A stretch of 63,521 nucleotides of DNA, filler included, from Octopus bimaculoides (GCF_001194135.2; 4 parts of 4 records of this genome joined end to end with filler, not necessarily neighbours in it); one strand, 5' to 3'; positions 1 to 13,253 are shown, numbered from the whole stretch's first letter. Made by a program: numbers and translations. The notes: generated by a model not told the origin, from the letters alone.

Positions 1-357
1 CAGCAATTTATTTTCTTCAAGGAATGCGATTAGTTTCCTCTGATTATCCTTTCGATGACTTTGCTGATGTGTGAAGTCAGAGAGATAGGCCTATAGTTTT
101 TGGCATCTGCTCTGCTTCCCCCTTTATGGATTGGGCATATTATTCCCTCCTTCAGCTTGCTTGGCAGTCTTCCGTTTGCGAGAAAGCTCTGGAAGAGGAT
201 CTGGAGGGGTTTTGCTAGGGCATGCTTACACGATTTAAGGAGGATTGCTGGGAAACCATCAGGGCCAGCAGTTGAGTTTGTGTCCACTTCATGTATAGCT
301 AGTAGTACATCTTCTTCGCTAATGTTGATGTATTCCATCGTAACTGCCTCACTGGTT
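1..357 (-). pseudogene. Non-LTR retrotransposon (CR1/L2-group) reverse transcriptase N-terminal fragment, frameshifted
   Basis: Translation [33 protein letters not shown]...[33 protein letters not shown] carries the LINE RT motifs GPDG, PIHK and [10 protein letters not shown] 1-nt frameshift near position 38 separates it from the continuation [12 protein letters not shown], which runs off the window edge. Confidence 0.9.
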
Positions 358-369
358 ATAGGGGAGGTA

Positions 370-503
370 TGTATTATTTTTATGAATATATACACATTTT
401 TATGCATATATATGTGTATATATAAGTATATAGGTAGATATATATATAAATATATATAAGTATATATAAATATATGTATATATATGTAAATATATATAAA
501 TAA

Positions 504-564
<61 letters not shown>

Positions 565-700
565 CATATATATGTATATCTATATATGCATATATACATG
601 CATATGTGTGTGTGTGTGTGTGTGTGTACGCATGTTTGTATGTCTATCTGTCCAACTGTCTGTATATATGTATGTATGTATGTATGTATGTACGTATGAA
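370..700. repeat. Compound (TA)n/(TG)n/(TATG)n microsatellite
   Basis: Directly visible. Confidence 0.95.
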
Positions 701-1399
701 TATGATTTTCAAGAACCGAATAAATATCACTACTATTATACTGCAGTAATATTACTTAGTTGCCGTCTCACTATTTGTCGTAAGTTTAGTGACGACCATC
801 CTAGCTGAGGAGGTCTAATAAGAGCAAATCATGATCAAAGTTGTCTTTCGTACTTACTGAAATTATTAAAAAAATGTCAGTCCTTAAATGTTTGTTTCTT
901 TATTCAAATTCATAAGTGTTTAAAGTTTTTTTGACAATATGCATTAAATACGTTCATCCCTGCGTAACTCTGACTTTTGTATGTAGATGACGTCTCTGAG
1001 CAAATAAAACTCAGTATTTTAGTTTATAAATAGCAGGTCACCTGTTTAGCGGATATGATCATCTAACCTAATTTTATAATGGATGAAATCTAAAACGAAT
1101 TATTAAATATATATCTAGCGTTGTTGCAGACGACCGGTTTTCTTTCATATCAATTTGTCGTCTGCACAATAAAGAACGTCATAAAACTACTGAAAGAGCA
1201 GTCTAGGAACAGTAAGATTCTCTAGAATGGAAATAACAAAAGGTTGGCCTACAACCTATATTCATTTCCACTCAATCAATAAAACGACAAGCTGTAAAAC
1301 ATTTTAACTCCAACTTTAAATCAGTTAATGAGGGAGAATCACATTTACGTACAGGCATTCGCACAAACACACACAGATGCGCGAACGCATTCACACCCA

Positions 1400-1428
1400 C
1401 CCACACACACACCTACACACCCACCCAC

Positions 1429-1489
<61 letters not shown>
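1400..1489. repeat. (CA)n microsatellite running into an N gap
   Basis: Directly visible. Confidence 0.95.
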
Positions 1490-2249
1490 NNNNNNNNNNN
1501 NNNNNNNNNNNNNNNNNNNNNNNNNNNNNNNNNNNNNNNNNNNNNNNNNNNNNNNNNNNNNNNNNNNNNNNNNNNTACATTAGGACTATTGCCGAGATAA
1601 AAGGTGTATATCACCACTTTATTGATGAATGAAACTTATTTTGATGCATAGGAAACACAAAAATAATTAGTAAGAACCACCTTTATATTCCCTCAATATG
1701 TTATTATTAAAACAGGGAATTCGACAAAAGGCCATTTCTTTCGTTCGCGAATACGCAGGATTGATTTTGTTTTTATCTACATCTTGTTTAAATAAAATTT
1801 TCTTGCGCATGCACAGAGACGATCTTTCTTATGAGGGTAAAATATCAAAAATTTCTCTGTGTGTGCGTGTGTGTGTGTGTGTGTAGCGATAACATTTTGT
1901 GCCTGTGTTATTTCTGTCAGCTATCAAGCAGAAAATGCGCGGCTTCCAATTCCTATTTTCTGATTGGACTAAAAATTATCAAACTTTGAACCTCTGAAAC
2001 CTTTCTCTAAATCTTTTGCTGAGAATAACAGGATCCCAAATTCGGATTCAGTGTGAAAGATAACATCCACACACCAAATTTGAAAATTTTCACTGAATTG
2101 TTTTATTTCCAAATCCGTGGCAACAACCGAAAAGATCCAGAAGAACAGAGCATAACAAATAGTGTGTGGTTTGAGTGGGAGCAATAAATAAAAGATGTCG
2201 AATGAGAGTAGAAGAGTGGAAGCATTATGAGCTTTATAAGAAAAGGCAA

Positions 2250-2560
2250 AGAGAGGAAACAACGTATGAAACGGCAGCTGCACCGCCCCAGATGTACGGA
2301 AAATACTCCATTGTTAGTCCCATATAAGATACCTCGAATGTCAGGATTCCTCAGGTCTGAAGCATTTTCTAGCTCTGAAGTGTAAGGTCAGTTTGTGAAT
2401 TGTGGTCCTAACTATGTTAATGATGTGATTTCACCAGGACGGATACGTGATGACTAACAACTGCGGTAATCGTGAGGTGGGATTGCGTACTATTTCTGTT
2501 CAGCGGTGTGGTGTGCGATAATGTTTTCTTGGGGTGAGTTTAATTTCTGGGTATATGCTG
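2250..2560 (-). pseudogene. Highly degenerate LINE RT C-terminal fragment (CR1/L2-group)
   Basis: Minus-strand pieces SW*NHIINIVRT...LHFRARKCFRPEE and, after a frameshift, LTMEYFPYIWGGAA resemble the post-RT motif LFRARKYF...RPTMEYCSHIWGGA. Several stops. Confidence 0.5.
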
Positions 2561-2688
2561 TTTAGCTATATAAGATTGGTATATCCTCTATAGAGGATTC
2601 ACTCGAGAATTTATTCAGTACAGGTTCAGGACGCTAGGTCTTAGTATATATATACATACATACACGCATGTATATACAAACATACATC

Positions 2689-2730
<42 letters not shown>

Positions 2731-3148
2731 NNNNNNNNNNNNNNNNNNNNNNNNNNNNNNNNNNNNNNNNNNNNNNNNNNNNNNNNNNNNNNNNNNNNNN
2801 NNNNNNNNNNNNNNNNNNNNNNNNNNNNNNNNNNNNNNNNNNNNNNNNNNNNNNNNNNNNNNNNNNNNNNNNNNNNNNNNNNNNNNNNNNNNNNNNNNNN
2901 NNNNNNNNNNNNNNNNNNNNNNNNNNNNNNNNNNNNNNNNNNNNNNNNNNNNNNNNNNNNNNNNNNNNNNNNNNNNNNNNNNNNNNNNNNNNNNNNNNNN
3001 NNNNNNNNNNNNNNNNNNNNNNNNNNNNNNNNNNNNNNNNNNNNNNNNNNNNNNNNNNNNNNNNNNNNNNNNNNNNNNNNNNNNNNNNNNNNNNNNNNNN
3101 NNNNNNNNNNNNNNNNNNNNNNNNNNNNNNNNNNNNNNNNNNNNNNNN

Positions 3149-3189
<41 letters not shown>

Positions 3190-3937
3190 CGTAACCCTAT
3201 TAGTAACGAAACATGTAAACCAGAATAAATAATACCCAAATATTTTCCAGCTTTTTTTGTTTTAATATAACATTACTCTACAGTAAGTATTTTATAGTAT
3301 TTAATAGTATTCTCCACTATTTTCGAATCTCATATAAAAACGAGGTGCCGCACAAAAAAAGTGTCATTACATTATTTCGAGCGAAAAAGTTGGCTTTTAA
3401 TTGTGCACATATGAAATAATATGGCTTCAACACCTCTTGGCATAAGCTGCTGCGCTAATTTACGTGTTGGCTTCTTTGATCTTTGAGTAATCCTTGGTGA
3501 ATGTCTTGAATAACTACCGAACTGTAAGACCTCTTTGTTTTGGGCATTGTGCACTGATCGCGTAGCATGACACTTCTTAACCAACATTTGTATCGTTTTC
3601 TTTGACAGTAAACCTTTAACCGCAAACTTACAATATTTCACGCGTTTGCTGAATACAATCCGTTCTCACATGTGCTTCCACAATCCCCCCTCTTTCCGCT
3701 ATTAAATACGTCATCTTACATAAAAAGCTAGCGATGTTCACTCAGTGTAACCTTACAGCCAACAGTGACACTATGCAGTGGACGCCGGGTTACCTTTTCA
3801 TGCGTCACCCTGTGTAAGATCTACAAATATTATTGGAATATGCGTATGTTTATCATCACCACACAGCTTGATTAATCATAACTCCATCTACAGTGCATCA
3901 GCATGGCCGCAGCTCTGAGCTGAAACTTTGAAATGAA

Positions 3938-3970
<33 letters not shown>

Positions 3971-4383
3971 CATATATATATNNNNNNNNNNNNNNNNNNN
4001 NNNNNNNNNNNNNNNNNNNNNNNNNNNNNNNNNNNNNNNNNNNNNNNNNNNNNNNNNNNNNNNNNNNNNNNNNNNNNNNNNNNNNNNNNNNNNNNNNNNN
4101 NNNNNNNNNNNNNNNNNNNNNNNNNNNNNNNNNNNNNNNNNNNNNNNNNNNNNNNNNNNNNNNNNNNNNNNNNNNNNNNNNNNNNNNNNNNNNNNNNNNN
4201 NNNNNNNNNNNNNNNNNNNNNNNNNNNNNNNNNNNNNNNNNNNNNNNNNNNNNNNNNNNNNNNNNNNNNNNNNNNNNNNNNNNNNNNNNNNNNNNNNNNN
4301 NNNNNNNNNNNNNNNNNNNNNNNNNNNNNNNNNNNNNNNNNNNNNNNNNNNNNNNNNNNNNNNNNNNNNNNNNNNNNNNNNNC

Positions 4384-4696
4384 ATAGGATCGCGGTTTCG
4401 ATTCCCAGACCGGGCGTTGTGAGTGTTTATTGAGCGAAAACACCTAGAGCCCCACGAGGCTCTGGCAGAGCATGGTGACGAACCTTACTGTACTCTTTCA
4501 CCACAACTTTCTCTCACTCTTACTTCCTGTAATTCAAAGGGTCAGCCTTGTCACACTGTGTCACGCTGAATATCCCCGGGAACTACGTTAAGGGTACACG
4601 TGTCTGTGGAGTGCTCAGCCACTTGCAGGCTGTTCCGTTGATCGTATCAACTGGAACCCTCGACGTCGTAAGCGACGGAGTGCCAACAACAACAAC
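4384..4696 (+). mobile_element. tRNA-derived SINE, family C (5' end lost in gap, (CAA)n tail)
   Basis: B-box-like GGTTTCGATTCC near the 5' end and a (CAA)n tail. The 3' half recurs in reverse orientation at about 30975-31135. Confidence 0.7.
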
Positions 4697-4704
4697 ATAC
4701 ATAG

Positions 4705-4736
<32 letters not shown>

Positions 4737-4737
4737 A

Positions 4738-5539
4738 GTCTGATCAATAAGTATCCGGACTGTTGGCATAGTAACGAAGCTAAAGCGCGGAGAATAAAGC
4801 CGCTTGGTATAGATTGACCTTAAACTTTGCTGTGCATGCGCATTAAGTTTTACCATTTTAGCTCACTTCCGCTGTTTACAGCAGTGCTTCGAAAGAAAGT
4901 GTATAGCGTAAGATCGTGTGTAGCGTAAGATTGACCATGACAGAAAAAAAAAATTGAGCATAGAATCTGCATCGAATTATGCCAAAAGCTTGGCAATACC
5001 TACTCAGAGGCTTACACAAAATTTTTAAAAAACCCGAATGTCTTTTTGGTCAGCTGAAAGCAGTTTTGACACAAACTTGGCAGACAATAGTCTAATATAC
5101 AAATCTTCAATGATAATGGACTGAATTGAACCGTAACTAATCTGCACATCCTCTGATAACTCACGGATGCTGATTCGACAATTTCCCCTCTGCTGTACGC
5201 ATATCTGCGATGTTTTTCTCAGTTCTGCTGGTTGCGGGTTTCCCAGAACATTCGTCAATATGGACATTTTTCCGGCCTTCTTTGAAACGTCTGAACCACT
5301 AGTACACTGGTGTGCAGCTCACACTCCTCTCCATACACTTTCTACAACTTTGCGTAGGCCTCTGAGCAGGTATTGCCATGACAACATTCTCTATCATTGT
5401 CAATTTCACGCTACACACGTTCCTTCCAAGCACTGCTGTAAACAGCCGAAGTGAGCTAGATCTTGTGCCAAGCGACTTCACTCTGTGTGCTTAATCTTCG
5501 TTGCCATAGCAACAGTCCAGATACTCATTGATCAGACCT
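4738..5539. mobile_element. Non-autonomous mariner derivative made of two inverted 5' ends
   Basis: Ends GTCTGATCAATAAGTATCCGGACTGTTG (left) and the reverse complement GTCTGATCAATGAGTATCTGGACTGTTG (right), flanked by TA. The plus strand encodes MTEKKIEHRICIELCQKLGNTYSEAYTKF. The minus strand encodes GNTCSEAYAKL*KVYGEE and RISIRELSEDVQISYGSIQSIIIEDLYIRLLSAKFVSKLLSADQK, the mariner HTH region with an SAKFVPKLL-like motif. Confidence 0.85.
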
Positions 5540-5730
5540 TATATATATATATATATTAATTCCAAGTGGCTATCTGTTTTCCTATGTGTTCGTTCCGTGG
5601 TCTGTAGTTCATTGTTCTAACGTCCTGTACCTGATATGCATCTATATACACATGTAGATGTAAGTATGTACATATATGTGTGTATACATGCATATATATT
5701 CTTTGTATTATATATATATATATATAAATA

Positions 5731-5878
<148 letters not shown>

Positions 5879-6404
5879 TACTTATTGAAATTTGTAAATG
5901 TGACAACATACCATATTTTTAACTTCGAAGTATTGCGAACTATAGAACGTGCGAATCTAGTATACTATGGAAGATGCAGAATGTAGTAGTTGAATAACAA
6001 ATGTTTTAAATGAGTGATTAAAAACTTTTAGGATCTCCATTATTAAGATAAACCTAATGCTTTTTTTCTAAACAGTAATTGATGGGAAGAGAGATTAGGA
6101 AAAGGTTTGATGTAGGAGAAACAAATAAACATTTAAGAAGAGAAAACAAAATACATACAAAACAAAATTAGAAGTTGCTTGTTTGGAGTTAAGCTGCGTT
6201 TATCCGCATAAAAAGGTTAAATGTATGTTGATGTAGAGTGAATAAAATACGCAATTAAAATTGTAATATTAATATCAATACACACAACTGCTCACATAGA
6301 AATGCGTAAGGATATGTGTGTGTATGCATATATTGCATGTCTCTCTTTCTGTCGCCCTCTTTCTATTACATATTTATCTGTATATATGCGTGTGCGTGTG
6401 TACG

Positions 6405-6575
6405 TATGTAGGAGAATATACGAAAAAACAACAGACGAGGACAGGTGGTGTAAATAACAAAAGGATGTATTAGTATGACGCTCGGGAATACGGAAAGTCT
6501 TTGACGTTTCGAGCTACGCTCTTCAACAGAAAGAATACGGAGACAAGGAGAAAAACACGGAGAAAAAAAATTGAA
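6405..6575 (-). mobile_element. Penelope-like terminal repeat / short interspersed repeat with hammerhead-like motif (copy 1)
   Basis: Near-identical inverted copy at 12355-12500 and a diverged copy at 14335-14460. Contains CTGTTGAAGAGCGTAGCTCGAAACGTC on the minus strand. Confidence 0.65.
6498..6534 (-). ncRNA. Minimal type I hammerhead-ribozyme-like motif (non-canonical core)
   Basis: UCUUU-CUGUUGA-A-GAGC(gua)GCUC-GAAAC-GUC-AAAGA: stem I UCUUU/AAAGA, stem II GAGC/GCUC, palindromic ACGU stem III, GUC site. A6 of CUGANGA is replaced by U. Confidence 0.5.
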
Positions 6576-6598
6576 TAGTGTCCAGTCAACGGTCAATC

Positions 6599-6630
<32 letters not shown>

Positions 6631-7065
6631 NNNNNNNNNNNNNNNNNNNNNNNNNNNNNNNNNNNNNNNNNNNNNNNNNNNNNNNNNNNNNNNNNNNNNN
6701 NNNNNNNNNNNNNNNNNNNNNNNNNNNNNNNNNNNNNNNNNNNNNNNNNNNNNNNNNNNNNNNNNNNNNNNNNNNNNNNNNNNNNNNNNNNNNNNNNNNN
6801 NNNNNNNNNNNNNNNNNNNNNNNNNNNNNNNNNNNNNNNNNNNNNNNNNNNNNNNNNNNNNNNNNNNNNNNNNNNNNNNNNNNNNNNNNNNNNNNNNNNN
6901 NNNNNNNNNNNNNNNNNNNNNNNNNNNNNNNNNNNNNNNNNNNNNNNNNNNNNNNNNNNNNNNNNNNNNNNNNNNNNNNNNNNNNNNNNNNNNNNNNNNN
7001 NNNNNNNNNNNNNNNNNNNNNNNNNNNNNNNNNNNNNNNNNNNNNNNNNNNNNNNNNNNNNNNNN

Positions 7066-7130
<65 letters not shown>

Positions 7131-7423
7131 CTGAGAGAGGGATGTATGGCATAGACGTTTAAGCCAAATAGAAAACTCCTGCCCTTTATGTAAACATGTA
7201 TTGGAGGTTGTAGATTTTGCATCATTGTTCATATATTTACTTGATTACACGAATCAATTGGATGGCATAAGCAGCAAACAGGGTCTATTATTGATATACA
7301 TAAACCGGAAACAGCTTACGTATATCTACCCTTTATCCTTAACTTCTTAAATGAATGTCCATTTCAGTGATTTGTTTTTGTTACTATTTCACGCAGGAAA
7401 ACTATTATAAGCATTATTTTTTA

Positions 7424-7605
7424 GGGTGGGGAGTTGGCAGAGTTGTTAGCACGTCGTACAAGATTACTTAGTGGCATTTTTTCGGTCAACTTTGTCTTTT
7501 TATCATTTCGAGTAAAATAAAATGCCAGATAGTACTGGGGTCGATGGAATAGATTTGTTCTCCTCTCCCTAAAATTACTGACCTTATGGCAAAATTTAAA
7601 AAAGC
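7424..7605 (+). mobile_element. tRNA-derived SINE, family B (diverged)
   Basis: A-box-like GAGTTGGCAGAGTTGTTAGC head. The core TACTGGGGTCGAT is shared with 15314-15415, 54142-54268 and 59781-59896. Confidence 0.65.
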
Positions 7606-7944
7606 ATTTCTTAAGTTGTTGTTTTCTTGCTGCTGATGATGTTGTTTGGCGTTCAATATCACTCAACCTCCATATCGCCAAATTTTAGGGGAAAATTTGG
7701 GACTTTATTATCTAACGTATGCCTTAGGTGATCAGGGAACATTCAACCGGCAATCTGGAGGTGTAGGAAATAATGAGTGGCTGTAAACAAGTCCTTTAAC
7801 TAACTTTGAGAAAACGGATGGTTTTACTTCCTGATGTGGCATTTAATGGATTGAACGGGTATGTTGACCACCCTGAACAACCGCCTTGAGAAGTTATATG
7901 TGTATACAATTTGTGTGTGTGTTTGATGTGTGCACATATCATAT

Positions 7945-7995
<51 letters not shown>

Positions 7996-8310
7996 GTTTA
8001 ACGTCCGCTTTCCATGCTAGCATGGGTTGGACAATTTGATTGAGGACTGGCAAGCCAGAAGGCTGCACCAGGCTCTGATGTGGTAGAGTTTCTACAGCTG
8101 GATGCCCTTCCTAACGCCAACCACTCCGAGAGTGTAGTGGGTGCTTTTACGTGCCACCGGCACGAGGGCCAGTCACACGGTACTGGCAACGGCCACGCTC
8201 AAAAATGTGTTTTTTTACGTGTCACCTGCACGAGAGCCAGTCCAGCGACACTGGCAATGACCTCGCTCGAATGATTTTCTAACATGCCACCACCACAAGT
8301 GCTAGAAGGT
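7945..8310 (-). mobile_element. SINE / LINE 3'-end-derived repeat with (GAT)n tail (family D)
   Basis: A (CAT)n tract directly abuts CGTTTAACGTCCGCTTTCCATGCTAGCATGGGTTGGAC...GGATGCCCTTCCTAACGCCAACCAC. A diverged copy lies at about 13254-13430. Confidence 0.55.
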
Positions 8311-9107
8311 GGACAGAAACAGACAGACAGACAGTTCGCTCAATCGATCGATCGATAGATAGATAGATAGCTAGTTAGCTAGCTAGCTAGATAGATAGAT
8401 AAATAGATAGATAGGAATGAGACGCCTAAGTGCGAACAAAGTGAGAGAAGAGAGTACTCAATACTAATTTAGAATAGTGTACTGTGTTAGGAGGAGCTGA
8501 AGCTTTAATTTTTACTCCGGGTTTCTCATTTTCGGTCCTCAGACGAAAGGAAAGAAATCAGATAATTGAAAAACTATATGATGATAAATATGAAAGCGTA
8601 AGTAAATTTCGATTGCATATAAATGGACCACAAATGAAGAAACGGCCACGTATGACTATATGTATGTTGTGTGTATGTATACAGACATGCAAATACGTAC
8701 ACACATGCACACAAACACACACATTCATACATATATATACACACATTCATACATACATGCATACATACATGCATACATACATACATAAATACATACATAC
8801 ATACATACAAACATAGGGTGTGCATGCCTGGTTATATAAACATATTACTAATTAAAATGAAATCTACTGGAATGAAAAAAGATAGAGAAAGAAAGAGAGA
8901 GAGGGAGAGGGAGAGAGACGATTGGTGGTGGTGAAGGATGGATAGGCGAAAACACTTCAGAAGGTGCAGATGGAATGAAAGAGGCGAATATGAAGAGACG
9001 AGAAAAGCGAAAGAAAAAGAAAGATGGGTGGGGAAGATAGAGTAATAGAAAGAGAGACAAAGAGAAAGAACAATGACTAGAAAATAGTAAAAGGAGGAGT
9101 AAAAGTG

Positions 9108-9172
9108 GAGGAGGAGGAGGAGGAGGAGGAGAAGAAGAAGAAGAAGAAGAAGAAGGAGAAGAAGAAGAAGAA
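9108..9172. repeat. (GGA)n(GAA)n trinucleotide tract within a purine-rich region
   Basis: Directly visible. It is the source of the poly-L/S/P pseudo-ORFs. Confidence 0.9.
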
Positions 9173-9505
9173 TGTGGGAAAATATATGCAAAAGTTGAAA
9201 GCGCAAATAAAAAATTCAACCGAATCTGTAATACGGGTATACAAAGGAAGACATCAGAATCCTTAAAAAACAGAATTGTACGAATGAAGAGAAGTTGATT
9301 AAAAATATCTCCTATGTACATAAATATAACCCTATACATGTGTGTGTAAGTGTGTATATTTTATATATACATATGTGTGTGTGTGTGTGTGTGTGTGTAT
9401 TCACTCACATATCTACATTCATATTATACATGTATACATGTATATTAATATATGTGCATTTATATAAATACAAATATGCATACATGTATACATACATGCA
9501 TGTAG

Positions 9506-9561
<56 letters not shown>

Positions 9562-9774
9562 CTATCTATCTATATCTATATATATATGTGTATGTATATA
9601 TATATATATATNNNNNNNNNNNNNNNNNNNNNNNNNNNNNNNNNNNNNNNNNNNNNNNNNNNNNNNNNNNNNNNNNNNNNNNNNNNNNNNNNNNNNNNNN
9701 NNNNNNNNNNNNNNNNNNNNNNNNNNNNNNNNNNNNNNNNNNNNNNNNNNNNNNNNNNNNNNNNNNNNNNNNNN

Positions 9775-9812
<38 letters not shown>

Positions 9813-9937
9813 TACAATTTCCCATATATACATACATATTGAAATATATATATCCTACAAATTATCTACACATGTGTGCTTTAACAGGGTATATATATAT
9901 ATATGTTTGATACTATATATATACGTGTTTGATGTTA

Positions 9938-9980
<43 letters not shown>

Positions 9981-10517
9981 GTGTGTGTGTGTGTGCTGAG
10001 CAGAATTCATACATCTTTTTGATCATGTGTTTTGTCGTTTCCCTGTTGTTCAAATGAGTCACTAGTATATCCTATTTCTAAAAGATTTTTATCTGAAAGA
10101 ACGGAAAAAAAATAAAGAGAATGATGCGAAGAAGTAAATAGATGTAAAACGCGAAGAATGAAGGAGTTGGAATTTAATAAAAGACTGAATGAAAGTTTAA
10201 AATAGTTAATGACACGAAAAGGAAGGGAAAGGAGTGAATAAGAAAGAATGAAATGATTGGAAGGGAGATAAAAATTTAAAGTAACGGAGAAAGAGATGGA
10301 GTATAAATAAAATAATAATTAAAAGAATATAGTAAAGAGGAAGAAAATGATGAAAAAGAAAACTATTTAAAGCCCCAAATATGGCTTAGGAAAAAAAATG
10401 AGTGAAATTGTATAACAAAGACATGAAGGATGATGTGAGAGTATAAGATGGTAGAGAGGTAAAAAAAATGATAGAGGACAAAAGGAAAGAAAGAAAAAGA
10501 TGCAAGAAGAAAAATTT

Positions 10518-10965
<448 letters not shown>

Positions 10966-11690
10966 AAAAAAAAGACGAAAAAAAAGAGAAAAATGAAAGA
11001 ATTTTTAAAAAAGACGGGAAGAAAGAAAAAAGAAAGACGGATCGAATGATACAAAAGAAGAATGAAACTTAGTCAGGCAGAGAGCGAGACAAGCAGACAT
11101 AAACACAACGAGAGAAGTAAATGCAGAAGAGTAATAAAAGAAAAAGGAAAGAAAATATGTCTGCTGACAACATGTGAAATTAATTTTAAGAGATTTCTAA
11201 TGATCATAGCTCAATCCTATATAGAAAATATTTATTTCTGAATTAAAACGATGAGCTAATAATACGAATAGCTTAAACCTATTAGCTAAATCGTCCTTTG
11301 AATAATCTTCGGCAGTCTGTGTGTGTGTATGTGTGGTTGTGTGTGTGTGGTTGTGTGTGTGTGTGTGTGTGCCTTTGTGCTTGTATGTGTTTGTGTGTGC
11401 GTGTGTGTGTGAGTGCATGAGCTGTAGCTCAAACAACAACGCTGCCATCTAAACAGTAGGAATACTAAAGATTTCGAATGAATGTTACGCAATCTCTGTA
11501 CCTTTGACAATGCAATCAGGTGAGACTTTTTCTTTACGTAACTTATATTTATTCACTATTATTGAAACGCGCGTAAGATGACGTGTTAAATATTATTCAA
11601 ATAAACTCACCTGTTTTGTTTCAATTCATACATATATACTCATCAATTCACGGTGGTACTCCAGCATGACCACATGACGTGTGTGTGTAC

Positions 11691-11735
<45 letters not shown>

Positions 11736-11769
11736 CACACACGCACGCATATATGTATTTACATGTGGT

Positions 11770-11925
11770 TGCGTGTTTTTTGTGTCACACCGATGTTGGT
11801 GTGTTTACGTCCCCATAACTTGGTTTTTTCCGCAAAAGTTGCCGATAGAATAGGTATAATGCTTACAAATCAGTTCAGTTCGTTCGACCAGCAAAGGTTT
11901 AATGACTGAACCAAGTAAAAAGTCA
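11770..11925 (+). mobile_element. SINE family A, 3' fragment
   Basis: CCGATGTTGGTGTGTTTACGTCCCCATAACTT...AATGACTGAACCAAGTAAAA. Confidence 0.7.
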
Positions 11926-12354
11926 AAGAGATATAATTCTTATAATGAACAAAAATATTATCTGAATATTACTGGAGCACTTAGAACCCCCATGTACACA
12001 AACGCATGCAAAAGAAAGAAACAATAGAATTTATATATAAACAATAAAAAATAAGGGTTGTTATCATGTATATTATATTAGATAATGTGTGTTTATTAGC
12101 TTTCGCGGGGAGCATAAGTAACGCTTTCATCCATTTTGTCTATTAGAGGATTTCAACTCAGCAGGGAAAAGATAACAATGAATTCATCAATTTTACAACT
12201 ATTTAAGTAGGTCACTGGTGTGCGATGTTTCAAGCTTTCTCCCGAACAATTTTGAAAGACATGAACCATTTTGTTAATATTGATATTCTCATTGTTTTAG
12301 ATTTACTTCAAGTGCAAGCTATATTTGATATAAAAACGCTAATTGAATTAGGAT

Positions 12355-12498
12355 ACGCATGTCTGTGTGTATTCTTTCTGTTGAAGAGCGTAGCTCGAAA
12401 CGTCAAAGACTTTCCGTATTCCTGAGCGTCATACTAATACATCCTTTTGTTATTTACACCACCTGTCCTCGTCTGTTGTTGTTTTTTCGTACATTCTC

Positions 12499-12500
<2 letters not shown>
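12355..12500 (+). mobile_element. Penelope-like terminal repeat with hammerhead-like motif (copy 2)
   Basis: Inverted near-identical copy of 6405-6575. Confidence 0.65.
12373..12409 (+). ncRNA. Minimal hammerhead-ribozyme-like motif (copy 2)
   Basis: TCTTT CTGTTGA A GAGC GTA GCTC GAAAC GTC AAAGA, identical to the copy at 6498-6534. Confidence 0.5.
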
Positions 12501-12531
<31 letters not shown>

Positions 12532-12631
12532 NNNNNNNNNNNNNNNNNNNNNNNNNNNNNNNNNNNNNNNNNNNNTTAATTAATTAANNNNNNNNNNNNN
12601 NNNNNNNNNNNNNNNNNNNNNNNNNNNNNNN
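12532..12631. other. Assembly join marker: 44 N + TTAATTAATTAA + 44 N
   Basis: Identical 100-bp construct at 41792-41891 and 51948-52047. Confidence 0.9.
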
Positions 12632-12654
12632 AAAACGTTTCGTATGTGCATGAA

Positions 12655-12708
<54 letters not shown>

Positions 12709-12714
12709 CGATAT

Positions 12715-13043
12715 TATGTAAACCAGTTGAGCATGTCCCTTAGTGATTGACGGTATGTGCATTTCTGATCAGGAGCAGAAGAAATGGGGCACATGATAGC
12801 CATGTGTCGAGAGGAATGACCTACCGCTGGAAAGATAGGCGTTTCGATCAACGTCTATATAATATCCTTATTCTTGGATCTTTTAACTGGGATGGGTTAC
12901 TCAACAAGAAGTAAACTTGTAACTGGGCTCCATCTGCAAAGTCATGCGCTGTTTATCTTAATATGAGATCTCCATGACAGGCATATTGGGCTTCGTATAT
13001 TTTTACTTCAATGTTACTTTGATGGCCTGCGCTGCTCTCTCAT

Positions 13044-13106
<63 letters not shown>
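12715..13106 (+). mobile_element. Probable SINE-like repeat ending in a (TAA)n tail
   Basis: Moderately GC-richer body ending GATGGCCTGCGCTGCTCTCTCATG, followed directly by about 20 TAA units. Only one copy in the window. Confidence 0.45.
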
Positions 13107-13253
13107 TAGTTTTGCGTTATATCATCTCCGAGAGATGACATAACATATCTACATTGAAGATTCGCGTTCCATCTTCTTTCACTCATAAATATGTCTATTA
13201 GGAGATTTCAGATGGGTTGTACTCATTTTCTACCACTATGGCCTCATCATCAA

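Noticed and set aside
3372-3641. 89-aa basic minus-strand ORF
   Set aside because: GTG start, no domain recognised, no splice evidence.
12576-12587. TTAATTAATTAA islands inside gaps (also 41836-41847 and 51992-52003), resembling a conserved motif or piggyBac TTAA sites
   Set aside because: Each is centred in exactly 44+44 N, giving a 100-bp construct with stops in all six frames. This is an artificial scaffold-join spacer, and adjacency across these joins is uncertain.
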